NCBI GenBank assembly: GCA_964016885.1
Contig: OZ024742.1
Coordinates: 171,926,001-171,990,000, forward strand
Origin: Eledone cirrhosa
Lineage: Eukaryota
Direction: 5' to 3'
DNA: 64,000 nucleotides
Numbering within the stretch: position 1 is the first letter of the stretch; every line of letters begins with the position of its first letter. The notes under the pieces were generated by a model, which was not told the DNA's origin, ran no database searches, and saw only the letters and a list, made by a program, of their open reading frames with translations. Both the position numbers and the translations under genes were made by a program. Shown piece after piece: positions 1 to 12,440 of the stretch.

Positions 1-159
1 AAAAATAGATTTTCAGACAATTATATAGAGATTCGTTGTATATAAAATTAGCCACATTTAAGACGAGGATTCTCCCTTCATCTAGGTCACTTTTGTCTAA
101 ATATTTCGCATAAACCTCTTACAATTTAGGTTTTTACACCACTAAACTACCGTTTGCTG

Positions 160-276
<117 letters not shown>

Positions 277-522
277 TTATATATATATATACAAACACCA
301 TCTCTGTGCATGAAGACTTTGTTCAGGTGAGAAACGTTGTTTTGGCTTCAATTTATCTTACATATACACCCGAACTCTTATCTTATGTGGCGAGGTATGG
401 TGGACGATATATACAATGAATGGAGCCAATGGTCAGATAGGATCAAGGAAGGACACAATGTTCACGTTGTTTTTACCATTGCTGACGTTATCTATCGGTC
501 GCAGCTCGTGGCAAACAGATAT

Positions 523-679
523 TCTAATATATATATTAAAATATCTGTTATTTTAATATATATATATATTAAAATAACAGATATGTTAATATATATATTA
601 CAATATCTGTTATTTTAATATATATATATATTAAAATAACAGATATGTTAATATATATATTACAATATCTGTTATTTTA

Positions 680-690
<11 letters not shown>
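523..690. repeat. TA-embedded alternating inverted/tandem repeat
   Basis: ATATCTGTTATTTTAA and its reverse complement TTAAAATAACAGATAT alternate five times, separated by short TA runs. Confidence 0.85.
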
Positions 691-711
<21 letters not shown>

Positions 712-1232
712 CCTTATACATTTACTCTATATCTATTATATGAATATGTGCGTGGGAGATGCGTGCATTCATACAACGAAGCATATATATTTTTGAAAAT
801 GTTCCTGCTTTTATAAATCTTACCCAGTTAAATATATGCATTGTTTCATTCTCCCTATAGCGCTATAAGAGTATTACAAGTGTACATGTTTGTGCAAATG
901 TTTGTTTGTGTATATATGCTTGTAGATGAGTGTCTGTTTATGTGTGTACGTGTATTAGCAAGTCAACACTAACAATATACCAAACACAACACTACTTATT
1001 ACCAGTCAGTAATTCCCACATCAGTAACTATTTGCCAACAACAGTTGCATATCAAACACAGACTATTTTATCACTAGTTCTCTCTCTCGCTTTCTACTGC
1101 ATCATACTGCACTGTATGTTTTCACTCAGTATGCTGACCCTGTAGCAGTTAGAAAATTACGGAACAATAAACTAAGTTTTAATCAAGTTATTCAGCACTT
1201 TATGCCAGGAGGCTACGATAACATCAGCTTAC

Positions 1233-1268
1233 CAGCTTTACCCGTTCTACTCCAGATTTTTTTTTCTC
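1233..1268 (-). CDS. Candidate 36-nt phase-0 microexon (EKKKSGVERVKL); host gene unknown
   Basis: Minus strand: long pyrimidine tract, TTGGCAG acceptor, 36 nt without a stop, CTG|GTAAGC donor. No partner exon identified. Confidence 0.3.
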
Positions 1269-1470
1269 CTGCCAAATCAGAGAATTAGGAACAAGAAAAC
1301 ACAAAACAAAAAACAAAAAAAAAAAGCAAATGGCAGAAAAAAGGAAGATAGAAAAAATAAAATAGGAATAAGAAGGACAACAACAACAAAGAGAAATAGA
1401 AAGAAAATACAAAACAAAAACGAAGAAAAAAAAAAACCAAGATTATAGAATAAGAATAAGAAAAAAGAAC

Positions 1471-1561
1471 AAGAAGAAGAAGAAGAAGAAGAAGAAGAAG
1501 AAGAAGAAGAAGAAGAAGAAGAAGAAGAAGAAGAAGAAGAAGAAGAAGAAGAAGAAGAAGA
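1471..1561. repeat. (GAA)n microsatellite
   Basis: About 30 pure AAG units; source of the poly-Ser ORF. Confidence 0.95.
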
Positions 1562-1889
1562 CAACGAGGACAAAAGACGAAGAAAACAAAACGAAATAAA
1601 ATTGGAAAGATGGAGGGGGATTTTATAAAGATGAGCAGGTTAGAATGGAGGGGGTTACGAGGAAGAGAAAGGGGGGAATAAAAAACTCTAATAATAATAA
1701 TAATAATGAAAATAATAATAAATATAGCAATGATAATAATAATGTCTTTCTTTTTGGCGATGTTTTCTCCAAGAATTCATGTTAATATCCAGGCTCGTTG
1801 CTTATAGAAGTATTGATTTTCCTACCTAAAACCTGACATTTACGCGGTGGTAGCTATCTAACACAGATACTACTACCAACACCAAAAAT

Positions 1890-2520
1890 GACTTCTGCTA
1901 CTGTTATTGGGGTTAATTGTAATGTTGGTGGTGGTGTTAACGGTGTTGATGCTGTTGGTGGTGATGTTGGTAATTTTAGTTGTATTGGTGTTGATGTTGG
2001 TGGCGATGGCGGTATATTTTTTCGGTGGTTTTGATACTGATGTTGGTGATGATGGTGCTACTAATGTTCGTAGTCGTGTTGGTGATTTTGGTAATTTTGT
2101 TGATGTTGTTGGGGATGTTGATGTTAGTGCTGATAATACTGTTGAATGAGGTTGTGAATGTTGTTGATGATGGTGGTGGATTTTGTGGTTTAGTTATCGT
2201 TGGTAATGGTGATAATAGTGGTGATGATGTTGGTGATGATAGTGTTATTACAGCTGTTGGTGATGTTGGCGTTGTTGGTACTGCAGTTGGTGCTGGTAGC
2301 AGTGTTATTACTGCTGTTGATGCTATTTGAGTATTACATCTAATGTAGTTGCTATTGTTGTAGATGATAAAGTTTTGATGATGGTGGTGATATTGCTTGT
2401 TGTGATATAGTTGTTCGTGATGTTTATACTACTGCTACTGCTGCAGCTGCTAATGTTGCTGGTGTTGAATATTACGCTACTCTTGTTGATGGTGATGGTA
2501 CTGTTGTTACTGGGTGTACT
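1890..2520. repeat. Degenerate GTT/GAT/GGT trinucleotide low-complexity tract
   Basis: Recurrent GTT/GAT/GGT triplets; explains the Val/Leu-rich ORFs. Confidence 0.85.
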
Positions 2521-2924
2521 ACTAGTGAAATGGTGAAATGTCAGGTTACTGAAGAAAATTCCAATATATTTCGTACACCTACAGATATACACACACTCAT
2601 ACTGAAACACACATAACCTCACGCAACCATATTTGCACAGACATACACTTACAAAGAAATTTACTACAGACGTCTGTATATTAACACAAAGATTCATTCA
2701 GAGTATATCATTGAATGTATGGGTGTTTCGTATTCAGTAATATATCTATATATTCTTTCATTCTCACTCGTTTCAATCATTAGACTTCGGTCAATCTAGA
2801 GAAACGTCTTGAAATATTTCACTTTTTCATTATATACTGGAAATTTCAGCTTTGATGTAGATAAATATAATGAAACGACCCCCTCACACTACAATGCACA
2901 CACACACATATATATATATATATT

Positions 2925-2961
<37 letters not shown>

Positions 2962-3126
2962 ATGTGTGTGTGCGTGTGTGTGTGTGTTTATGTGTGTGAG
3001 TGCATTGTATAAAGCTAGACTGTACATTCATTTACATTTACAACACTACATAAATTCATCGTCTACAACAATATCCCCATAATACATCGTGGTCTGAGAT
3101 TTACCAATTACCTTACATATATATAG

Positions 3127-3230
<104 letters not shown>

Positions 3231-3629
3231 CTTTCAGTTGTAAGAAAGGTAATGGTAAGACAAGGTAAGTAAAATATATAAAAGAAGATGGCAAAGTATT
3301 CAGTAATGTTTCTATATCATAACTCTTTCATTGCTTCACCAGTGACTGGCAACCAATAGAATGCCATGTGATATGAATACAGATCATTTCTTCCAGAGTG
3401 AGAGAGAAAGAGACAGTGATAGACATCGTAAGGGAAACAGATAATGAATGAGAACCATGCAGACAAAAGGAAAGTGTGACGTCGCGAGGAAGATAGGGAG
3501 AGAGGGGGAAAGAGTGAGAGAGAGGGGTAAATGAATCAGAAAGAGAGAGAGACTTGTTATTTTTATATAAAGACATTTTTTCCAATTCCAACCCGCCCGT
3601 CCCCTCAATCTATCTTATTTCTCATTCTT

Positions 3630-3665
3630 TATTCTGATGAACGACTAGCGTCCGAAACGTTAAGA
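3630..3665 (+). ncRNA. Minimal PLE-type hammerhead motif (weak stem I), followed by ~90-nt tail ending in (TA)n
   Basis: CTGATGA(3634-3640)-AC-GAC-TAGC-GTC-C-GAAA-CGTT, with palindromic ACGT stem III. A related decayed copy lies at ~14040-14073(-). Confidence 0.55.
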
Positions 3666-3755
3666 CACTCTTCCTGATATTGCAAGCGTTAACCTAATAT
3701 ATTCCTTCCATATACTGTACCGATTGTGTTGTTATTCCAGTTTAACTTTTACATG

Positions 3756-3827
<72 letters not shown>

Positions 3828-5849
3828 GCTAATGAAACGGAAACAGACAGTGTGGTAGAGATGCAGGCAGAGACAGAGAGAGGAGTGAGAGAGAAGGAGA
3901 TATCTGGAGAAACACAGAGAGAGATGGAGAAAGTGAGAGATTGACGGAGAGAAAATAGAAAACAAGAGACCGTGAAAGAGACAGAGCTGTAGGGATAGGC
4001 GGATAATGGACCACAGTAGTTTATTTATTGACCTTTAAAGGAATAAAGTCAAAGTCGTCTTCATCAGTAGGTGATGTATAAACGAACTCTTCAGTGATGG
4101 TCCTATGACACAAGGTTTTCGGTACACCAATGATTGACCACCAGTTTTTTTTAATATAATTTGAAGTCATATGTTGATGTCGCTATGATGCCAATTCTTA
4201 TGGTATACACCATTATTACTATTACTTGAACTACTTTGAAATTACGCATGATCTTTAATCGATTTCTCAGAATATAACAACTGTTAAGATGTGATATAGC
4301 ATATGCTGTAACATTTAGAATATCAACAATATATACTATTTATTTGCTTCAAAGGTCTCGTATCTACAGCATTCTCACTATTGTCACTGACAGACATGAA
4401 CTTATGACTAAGACCTTAAGACTCCATTAGATATAATGCATAAAGATAAATCTAGTTAAGTTTCGACACCGTAACGTTTTTCGCAACATTAAGAATTTTA
4501 AATCTTATCACATTGTCACTGTTCTTCTCTAGGTGAGTTAAATGGAGTTATTACTGATATAATTCCAAGAATTTCAATTCATTTGAACAACACTTGTTTC
4601 CATTTTTCTTGTCCAATAAGTGGATGTTTGATGCTTTGAGCAAAAATATTTTAAGCTCACATCTGCTGAGCGACGAAATTGAAATGCTATTGGAAGGCAA
4701 GATTTCATTGCTGTATAACTACATTTCAAAGTGATATTGCGAAATTTCAAAGCTACTGTGCAACGAAATATCAAAGTTGTTGAGCAAAAAACAGTTCAAT
4801 GCTGCTGAGCGACAGCATATCGATTTTGAGGCCCCAATACTGCGTTTCTTATGAATGGCGTTCAAATCCAATGTTAGGCAAATAATAAATTATCCCTATG
4901 TGGCCATACATATCCCTTCTGGGAGCTTCTGAAAACGTCAAGGTCCTTTCATATCCACGTGACACTACTTACCAAAACAAAACCGAAATATATAAAAACG
5001 TGTAAGACAATCACAGATATCTGATCTAGCAGGAAGTATTGAACTCAGAACTCCCAAGAATAAGACAACAAACTTCAGAATTGTTACTATATATAAACAA
5101 ATGTATTGGGATCGCACGAAATAGACGTCTGTTGGTTCGAGGAAGATTATTCAAGTTGTTTGATCAATGGCAGAGCCTGCTCATGAAACTAACGTTTATA
5201 TGGATGAGTTTTCTATACACAGAACATTAATGTACCATTACGTACCATTAATGTAATTCTCAGGGAGATTCAGACTGACATAGTGTGTCACAAGCCTGAC
5301 TCTATTATTTACAGTTAGTCTATCCGTGGCGCTATCAAAACAGATTTTGGCTGCAGTGTTTCACTTACATAGAGAACGAACCACAAACCTAATATTCGCT
5401 AAACGAACATAATAATAATTTGGTTATGCTGCATCAACAGTGATGCTTGATGCCACACAAGTACGTATTTAAATGTAGGTTGCTTCATCTATTAGCAGTT
5501 AATTGAGTTTGTCATAGACAGAAGATAGAACCAATAAAAGATAAACTAGAAGTGGGTTTCCAGTACATTCTTAACTTAGCTAAGTTCACGACCTAATTTA
5601 AGCACCAATAATGGTTTCTTTGGTCACACAAAGATTTTAAAACCTGACGTATTGTGTAAATTATGTCCGTTTATTTAAAACTGTATTGCCAAATTAAGAT
5701 ACTTTTCTTGAATTCGGTTATAGGTAAAGTCATTGAGAAAGCTGATCTACATAATGATTGTTTAGTGCCCATCCATGGCATGAAATATGTAAATAAAGGT
5801 AACAAATAACACTTTTATAAATTATTGCCGATAGAGGGGATGGATATGA

Positions 5850-5996
5850 CAGAGAAAACGGAGGGGAATGATTTGTTTTATATATGAGTGTCAGAGAAAA
5901 TGGAGGGGAATGATTTGTTTTATATATCAGTGCCAGAGAAAACGGAGGTGAATGATTTGTTTTATATATGAGTGCCAGAGAAAACAGAGGTGAATG
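5850..5996. repeat. 42-bp minisatellite, ~3.5 copies
   Basis: Unit CAGAGAAAACGGAGGGGAATGATTTGTTTTATATATGAGTGY starts at 5850, 5892, 5934 and 5976 (partial). Confidence 0.9.
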
Positions 5997-6424
5997 GGAA
6001 GAGGGGAGAGGGATGAAGATGAGAAACGAAGGAGGAGGAAATAATATGTAGATATATAATTTAAAAGCAGATTATAAATGATGTGCATTAAAATTATACA
6101 AATCTGTCAGCTTTAATTTCCCTCTATCTACATGATTCTATGCATGTATACATGTATGTGTGTGTGTGCAGCAAAATGAGCACAACGAGCACACAATCTA
6201 TCATAAGGTTCCGTAAGGATGAAAGACAAAATTAACCTTGGCGGGATTTGCACTCAGAACTTTATGTAGACTGACGCTCCACCGATACTGCCAATTCAAT
6301 AATAATAATAATAATATTTTACAATTCATAGAATTGGAAATAAAAAAATAAACAGAATTGGAAATAAAAAATAAACCGAAATAAATCTAAAACATACAAC
6401 ATAAATTATATATATATATATATG

Positions 6425-6512
6425 TAAACGTTTGAATTTGTAAAGCCATACCTGCATTGTCTTGGCTTTACAAATTCAAACGTTTATACCTCATTACATA
6501 ATGCTTCAAGTG

Positions 6513-6516
<4 letters not shown>
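6425..6516. mobile_element. TA-flanked fold-back element (24-bp perfect arms + short tail)
   Basis: TAAACGTTTGAATTTGTAAAGCCA (6425-6448) is the exact reverse complement of 6463-6486; a unique tail follows, then (TA)n. Confidence 0.6.
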
Positions 6517-6553
<37 letters not shown>

Positions 6554-7681
6554 AGGGGGATTTATGTATGCATATACAAACACAAACACGCACACACACA
6601 CGCACACACACACGCACGCACGCACACACAGCCAGACAGACACACACACAGTATTATCCGCCTCAAACGCAAAGCATATAATTTGATAGATAACTTTAAT
6701 TATTTGGTAATACTTGTTTTGATGCTTTTTGGCTTTTGCTTTCTCTACAGGTGTCGCTAGTTAATTGGAAGCAATTGCTAACGGAACTTATATAGTGTTT
6801 CTGCAAACGATAAAATGTATATGATACGTGAAATAGATAATACGTGGGTGGTGTTGGTCATGTTAGTAGGAGAGTAAAATAGATAAGAAATCTGACGGGG
6901 TGATAGGGTGGTGTTAATGGAAAGGTGACATAGAAGGAAGATCTGATGTTGGTGTTAGTGGGAGAATGAAAAAAAAACGGTAAGTCGTGTTAGTCGTTGT
7001 GGTAGTCATGTAAATTAGAGAATAAAATAGATGTGAAGTCGTGTTGGTCGTGATAATAGTGATAGCGGGAAGATGTAAAATATGGGAATAGATGCTGGTA
7101 GCGTTAATGTTAGTGGGAGGTGGAAATAGGTGAGAAATGGTGGGGGTAATGGTGATGGTAGTGGAAGAGGGAAGACGAATAAGTATTTTAATTTACGAAA
7201 GTACAACTGATTATAGTAGAATATTGTTATTGTTTTGATTTCTGATTGTCAATATAATCTCATTTATTGATTACGGTATGATATTGACGGTTGAAAATTA
7301 CTGAAATACGTGGGAAAGATAATTGAAAACATTTATGTTTCAAAATTAAATCTCAGGCTAAATAAAGAAAAACAAAAGACTGATCAGTATTAGTTGCATA
7401 CTGATTGATAAGATTAAGAAAGTTTGCTGTTATTGTCGCCGCTGCTGAATCTCTTGTGTTCGACATTGTTAAAATCTACACAGATAATCGATATTATTGT
7501 GGTATTCATTTACTGGTTTCGGTCACTAGACTGTGACCATGCTGGAGTACTACATTAAAGAGAGTTAGTACCACATGTAGATGTCAGATATTCAGAAGTA
7601 CATGAAAACAATTACGTCGTACATTGGTTTACGTTGTAGATGTAATCTTGAATATATGCATATACAAGCACAGACATAAAC

Positions 7682-7785
<104 letters not shown>

Positions 7786-7875
7786 CGGATAGGGTGCGGT
7801 AAAAGCCAGGTAGATCATAATCCACCAGAGGACTCGATACTTGGGGTAGTAGAGTGGGTAATATGAAAAGATTCA
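7786..7875 (-). mobile_element. Isolated tail of PLE-HHR family A
   Basis: Homologous to the tails at 24847-24931, 30423-30505 and 34438-34525 (GGTAGTAGAGTGGGTAAT motif); TA-flanked. Confidence 0.75.
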
Positions 7876-7996
7876 TATATATGACTATATATATATATCC
7901 TAAACCTTGTTTTTAGTAACCACACAGATCCTTTCGTTTCATATATATATATATATATATATATAAACACATATATTTAGGCACCAACATATGTAT

Positions 7997-8073
<77 letters not shown>

Positions 8074-8096
8074 CCTCTCTATTTATCTACACGCAC

Positions 8097-8145
<49 letters not shown>

Positions 8146-8798
8146 GTGGGAAACAGACTTCAGCAAAATTACTGATTAAGTTACGAGATGTTTTTAAGTA
8201 GTTAACTTAAGAATGCATGTCATCATCGCCATCCAACATTGGAATTAGAACACTGCTAGAAATGTTGTAGTACGTTCGCGAACACCACTTTCACGCTCTC
8301 CTTCTTTTCTCTCTCTTACACACCCATAATCTCACTGTTACGTACAAAAACCAACCAATCAACCAGCCAACAACAACCACTATCAAATTAATAACATCAA
8401 CATCCAGATACATACACACACGCACACACACACTATATATATATATATAAAAACAGTCTTGGTGCAAAATCAATTTTTTACATTCACATGACCTCTACCG
8501 ACCAATCAAAATTGTTTTGACCACAATAATTTTTGCAACACCAAAGTAACGCTGGAGCCACTTTTTTAACATAAAAACAGGTAGAATTCCCAAAACTAAT
8601 CAGATCAGAGCAAACAACACGGACACTCTATCTCAAAATTATTTTTGAAAAGCATTTAGAAATGCGCAACCGGTAAAAGCTGTAAAACTTAAAACCACAA
8701 ATGAATACTAACCCATACAATTACGAATACTCTTTTATTCGTAATTAAACCCATCTTCAACTGTGAACAATTTGTCAGCATTTTCTATTCCGTTTACC

Positions 8799-8831
<33 letters not shown>

Positions 8832-9402
8832 GTAAGTATGTATGTACACGTACATACATATATGTATACAGACGTACAGTAGTATGTATATATATACATA
8901 CATGCACACATATATATATATGTACGTATGGATTTACCGAACATTTATTATAATGCTCGGTTTGTTTGTAAACAGACAGCCCGAATTACGCCGTACAGTG
9001 TCTAGCAACCATCGTTACCTTTTCGCTCAACACTGACACATGAACGACGTACTAGTTTTAAGCTTATTAGCTATCGTCAGCATCGTATACCTTTCTGTCA
9101 GATGGTTGAACGTCTGAAAGTATATACTTTCCTTATGCATATTAACGGCTGAGCAGCCTAATTTGCATATCGAGTGAGATAAACTGCCGGGCGCACCGAA
9201 AACGATAAATGGAAAACAATGAAACGAAATTTAATTTCTAACTCTTAGTACTGGTGGTACTTAAATGTAAGTATGTATGTACACGTACATACATATATGT
9301 ATACAGACGTACAGTAGTATGTATATATATACATACATGCACACATATATATAAGTACCAGCCGTACTAAGAGTGAGAAATTAAATTTCGTTTCATTGTT
9401 TT

Positions 9403-9406
<4 letters not shown>
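8832..9406. repeat. ~85-bp direct duplication interleaved with a ~55-bp inverted repeat
   Basis: 8832-8918 is repeated at 9267-9352; 9209-9263 is inverted at 9352-9406. Confidence 0.85.
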
Positions 9407-9460
<54 letters not shown>

Positions 9461-9494
9461 TATAAGATCAATACATCGTTAACATAGTTCCAAG

Positions 9495-9565
9495 TATTTT
9501 ATTATGCGCATTTCAAAAACAAATATCATCATGGGAACATATTTGCGTTCTCATCAGATAAAATA
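9495..9565 (-). ncRNA. Type-I hammerhead ribozyme, AUA cleavage triplet
   Basis: Minus strand: UUUUAU-CUGAUGA-gaacgcaaauau...auauuuguuuuu-GAAA-U-GCGC-AUA-AUAAAA. Stems I and II pair; stem III is the palindrome AUGCGCAU. Confidence 0.8.
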
Positions 9566-10236
9566 GGGAGACATTATATGAAGCTTAAAAAACATTTGCG
9601 AGCAGTGAAGTGTTAAATCAACATATGAAAAATAAAGTAAGAAGGATATATGAGGTTGGGAAAAAAGGAGGGGAGGGGGTAGGAAAAGGTAATGAAGAGG
9701 AAGAAAGAAAATAAAGGATGACGGGGGAGGAGTATAAGAAGGAATGATGAGAGAGGAGGAGAAATGAGTGATAGAGAGAGAGAAATAGCCTTTACAACTT
9801 AGAAAACATTGTCTCACAGAGAGAAATTAAAAAACCGTTGAAAGATACTAGATATTTTAAAAAGATTTAGAAATTAAAAGTTAATGAGGTTTATGAATGG
9901 TGATGTTTATGATTAAAGCAAAAGGAATTAAGAATAGTATTTATTTACGGTATATATATTGAAGGGTTTAATAATATGTGTGAAAAAAAAAGAATTTATT
10001 AATATGTATTAGTAAAATAAAAATATTAAGGTAAGGATATAATGTGAAAGAAGGAGAGATTCAATGAATTATGAACTTAGAGGAATTAGTTAGGGTTTAA
10101 GTTTGTTATGTATTGTAATATGTAAAAGTAAATAATAGGTTTAATACGAGCACGGAAGGAGAGAAAAAAGAAGAAAATTTAAGCAGCATAAAATATATAT
10201 AATGTAAAAAAGTATATATGTTTACAAAAATTTACT

Positions 10237-10365
10237 AATGGTATTTAAAAGACAAATTGTGATTATAAAATCTTGCTTTAAAGGAACTGGAAGTGGAACC
10301 GAAATAGTTAAAAGAATTAGTACCAGTTATAACTTACATTGATACAGTAAGTTTTTATCAAGACA
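10237..10365 (-). pseudogene. PLE GIY-YIG endonuclease relic, N-terminal half (Nematis-like by inference)
   Basis: Manual translation CLDKNLLYQC(frameshift)VITGTNSFNYFGSTSSSFKARFYNHNLSFKYH* fits the PLE EN pattern CL..N.VY...V...YIG.T...FK.R..NH..SF. Confidence 0.75.
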
Positions 10366-10380
10366 TATATATATACATAT

Positions 10381-10830
10381 AGGAAGGAACAACGTGAAAT
10401 AAAGTGTTTTGCTCAAGGACATAACGCATCATCCGGTCCAGGAATCGAACTCACAACCTCACGATGTTGAACCCAATTCTCTAACCACTCCCCCACGTGC
10501 TTTCATATATATATATGAAAACACTTGGGAGAGTGGTTAGAGAATTGGGTTCAACATCGTGAGGTTGTGAGTTCGATTCCTGGAGATATATATATTTATA
10601 TATATATATGAAAGCACGTGGGGGAGTGGGTACAGAATCGGGTTCAACATCGTGAGGTTGTGAGTTCGATTCCTGGACCGGGTGATGCGTTATGTCCTTG
10701 AGCAAGACACTTTATTTCACGTTGTTCCTTCTACCTGGAGTTTCGACCGATAGAGTGTATTAGCAATTGGAAAGACCAACGGAAACATTGTTTCCTCCGT
10801 CCGATTTGACGAATGTCGATCCACTGTCGA
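10381..10830. mobile_element. Three copies of a tRNA-derived SINE: inverted partial (10381-10504,-), head only (10517-10585,+), full (10610-10830,+)
   Basis: A-box-like AGTGGTTAGAG, B-box GTTCGATTCC, CORE-like TGTCCTTGAGCAAGACACTT; copies separated by (TA)n. Confidence 0.85.
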
Positions 10831-11335
10831 TATATATATATATATATATATCAGGAATTTACCCACGAAAATACACTCACATTCTTTTTCGCACCATGCC
10901 ACCTACATCCACACCACCTATAAACAAAAACATACACGTGCGTACCCTCACATATACACACTCAACCTCAGGAATACGCACGCCCCTTCCCCCAACCCCT
11001 GAGCCCTCTCCTTCCACACGCACACACCGACTTACACCCCACCCCAAGTACACACCTTTTCCTGAACATGGATCCTCGTTCTTCCCCCAACTCTCACATT
11101 CACATACACACGCACGCACACACGTACACCTACACACATACACAGACACCACCTTCAGACTTCCCCGCTTCGAAATCCCAACACCACCCGCCACCACCTT
11201 TACACGCCTCACACCCTTCCACCACTGGGTTCATTTTATTGTTTATTCTTATGTTTATTTTTATGTTTATTTTTATTTGTTTTCCTTCCTCCTTTTTTCT
11301 ATATGTATTTCCACCCCTCCTCCACACACCCTATT

Positions 11336-11370
11336 TCCTCCTGAAGAAGGGCTGATGCCCGAAACGTCGC
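11336..11370 (+). ncRNA. Minimal PLE-type hammerhead motif in a TA-flanked element (~10852-11455)
   Basis: CTGAAGA(11341-11347)-A-GGGC-TGAT-GCCC-GAAA-CGTC. Stem II is perfect; stem I does not pair in this copy. Confidence 0.6.
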
Positions 11371-11448
11371 CCCGCCTCCCACATTCAAGAGCGTGAACCT
11401 AATAAACCTTTATTTGTCTGCCTCTCTGTTGTGTTCCCGTCCAAATTT

Positions 11449-11515
<67 letters not shown>

Positions 11516-11542
11516 TTATTTATTTACTTATATATACATATA

Positions 11543-11943
11543 TCACCTTGGTCACCTTGACCGACCACTCTGGCGAGAGCCATTCAGCGCCGCTGGTTAG
11601 GGGACGTGCTGTTTTAGCCATATGATGACGCTTTTTCTCTGGCTGGGCGGGCAGGCCGTAAGTCGAAAGTCTGTCTTAAGCCAGAAGGGTCATTTGGCCG
11701 GTGCTTATCCCGGTTTTATGGCGTGAAGCGACTGAGAGTACAAGACTCCCCCTTGGACAGGACGCCAGTCCATCGCAGGGTTAAACCTCCAGCTATTGCT
11801 GGTACTCATTTTCAGCTGAGTAAACTGGAGCAACGTGAAATAAAGTGTCTTACTCAAGGAAACAACACATCACCTGGTCTGAGAATTGAACTCACAACCT
11901 TTCGATTGCAAGCCTACTGCTCTAACCACTAAGCCATGCGCCT
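11543..11943 (-). mobile_element. Full-length tRNA-derived CORE-like SINE
   Basis: Minus strand: GGCGCATGGCTTAGTGGTTAGAGC head, B-box GTTCAATTC, central CCTTGAGTAAGACACTTTATTTCAC, 3' CAAGGTGA repeats. Confidence 0.85.
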
Positions 11944-11978
<35 letters not shown>

Positions 11979-12061
11979 CATATATGAGTGTGGCCACCTT
12001 TCACGGTGTGGCTCAATGAAAAATTTAATTAAACAAATAATTATTAATCAGAGCTATATAT

Positions 12062-12362
12062 AAAATTGCAAGTTCCAAGTATAGTTTATATGCATTTTTT
12101 CTTCTAACTTATATTTTAGACTTAGCTCCGTTCAATTGATTATTTGTCTAGTTAATTTCTACAGGCTAAGAGGAAAGACTAGATAAATTTTTTTCTGACT
12201 GTTTGCCTCGCGGAAAATAGTCTGTATCGTTTGTCTATTATTTCCTCATAGTTACATTTTAAACTTATAGCTCCGTTTAAACGATTATTTATCTAGTTGA
12301 TTTCTACGGACCAGGGTGAAGAAAGACTGGATATATTTTATCTAATAATTCTTCAAACTTGC

Positions 12363-12368
<6 letters not shown>
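12062..12368. mobile_element. MITE-like element with 13-bp terminal inverted repeats and internal direct repeat
   Basis: AAAATTGCAAGTT ... AACTTGCAATTTT, TA-flanked; an ~85-bp block recurs at ~12107 and ~12251. Confidence 0.5.

Positions 12369-12440
<72 letters not shown>

Larger units (their letters stand above)
9455..10365 (-). mobile_element. 5'-truncated Penelope-like element (family B) in (TA)n
   Basis: GIY-YIG relic at the 5' end, AT-rich 3' region, HHR near the 3' end; 3' end shared with 35455-35678. Confidence 0.8.

Noticed and set aside
308-342. HHR-like ATGAAGA...GAAACGTT
   Set aside because: Core position 3 is wrong with no compensation, and the stems are weak.
5850-5996. CRISPR-like regular repeat
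   Set aside because: Head-to-tail units with no unique spacers, no cas genes, eukaryotic context.
6728-6830. Plus-strand splice acceptor TTTCTCTACAG
   Set aside because: No convincing open exon or strong donor follows.
10517-10690. tRNA genes
   Set aside because: A/B boxes continue into SINE bodies; no clean acceptor stem; many diverged copies.
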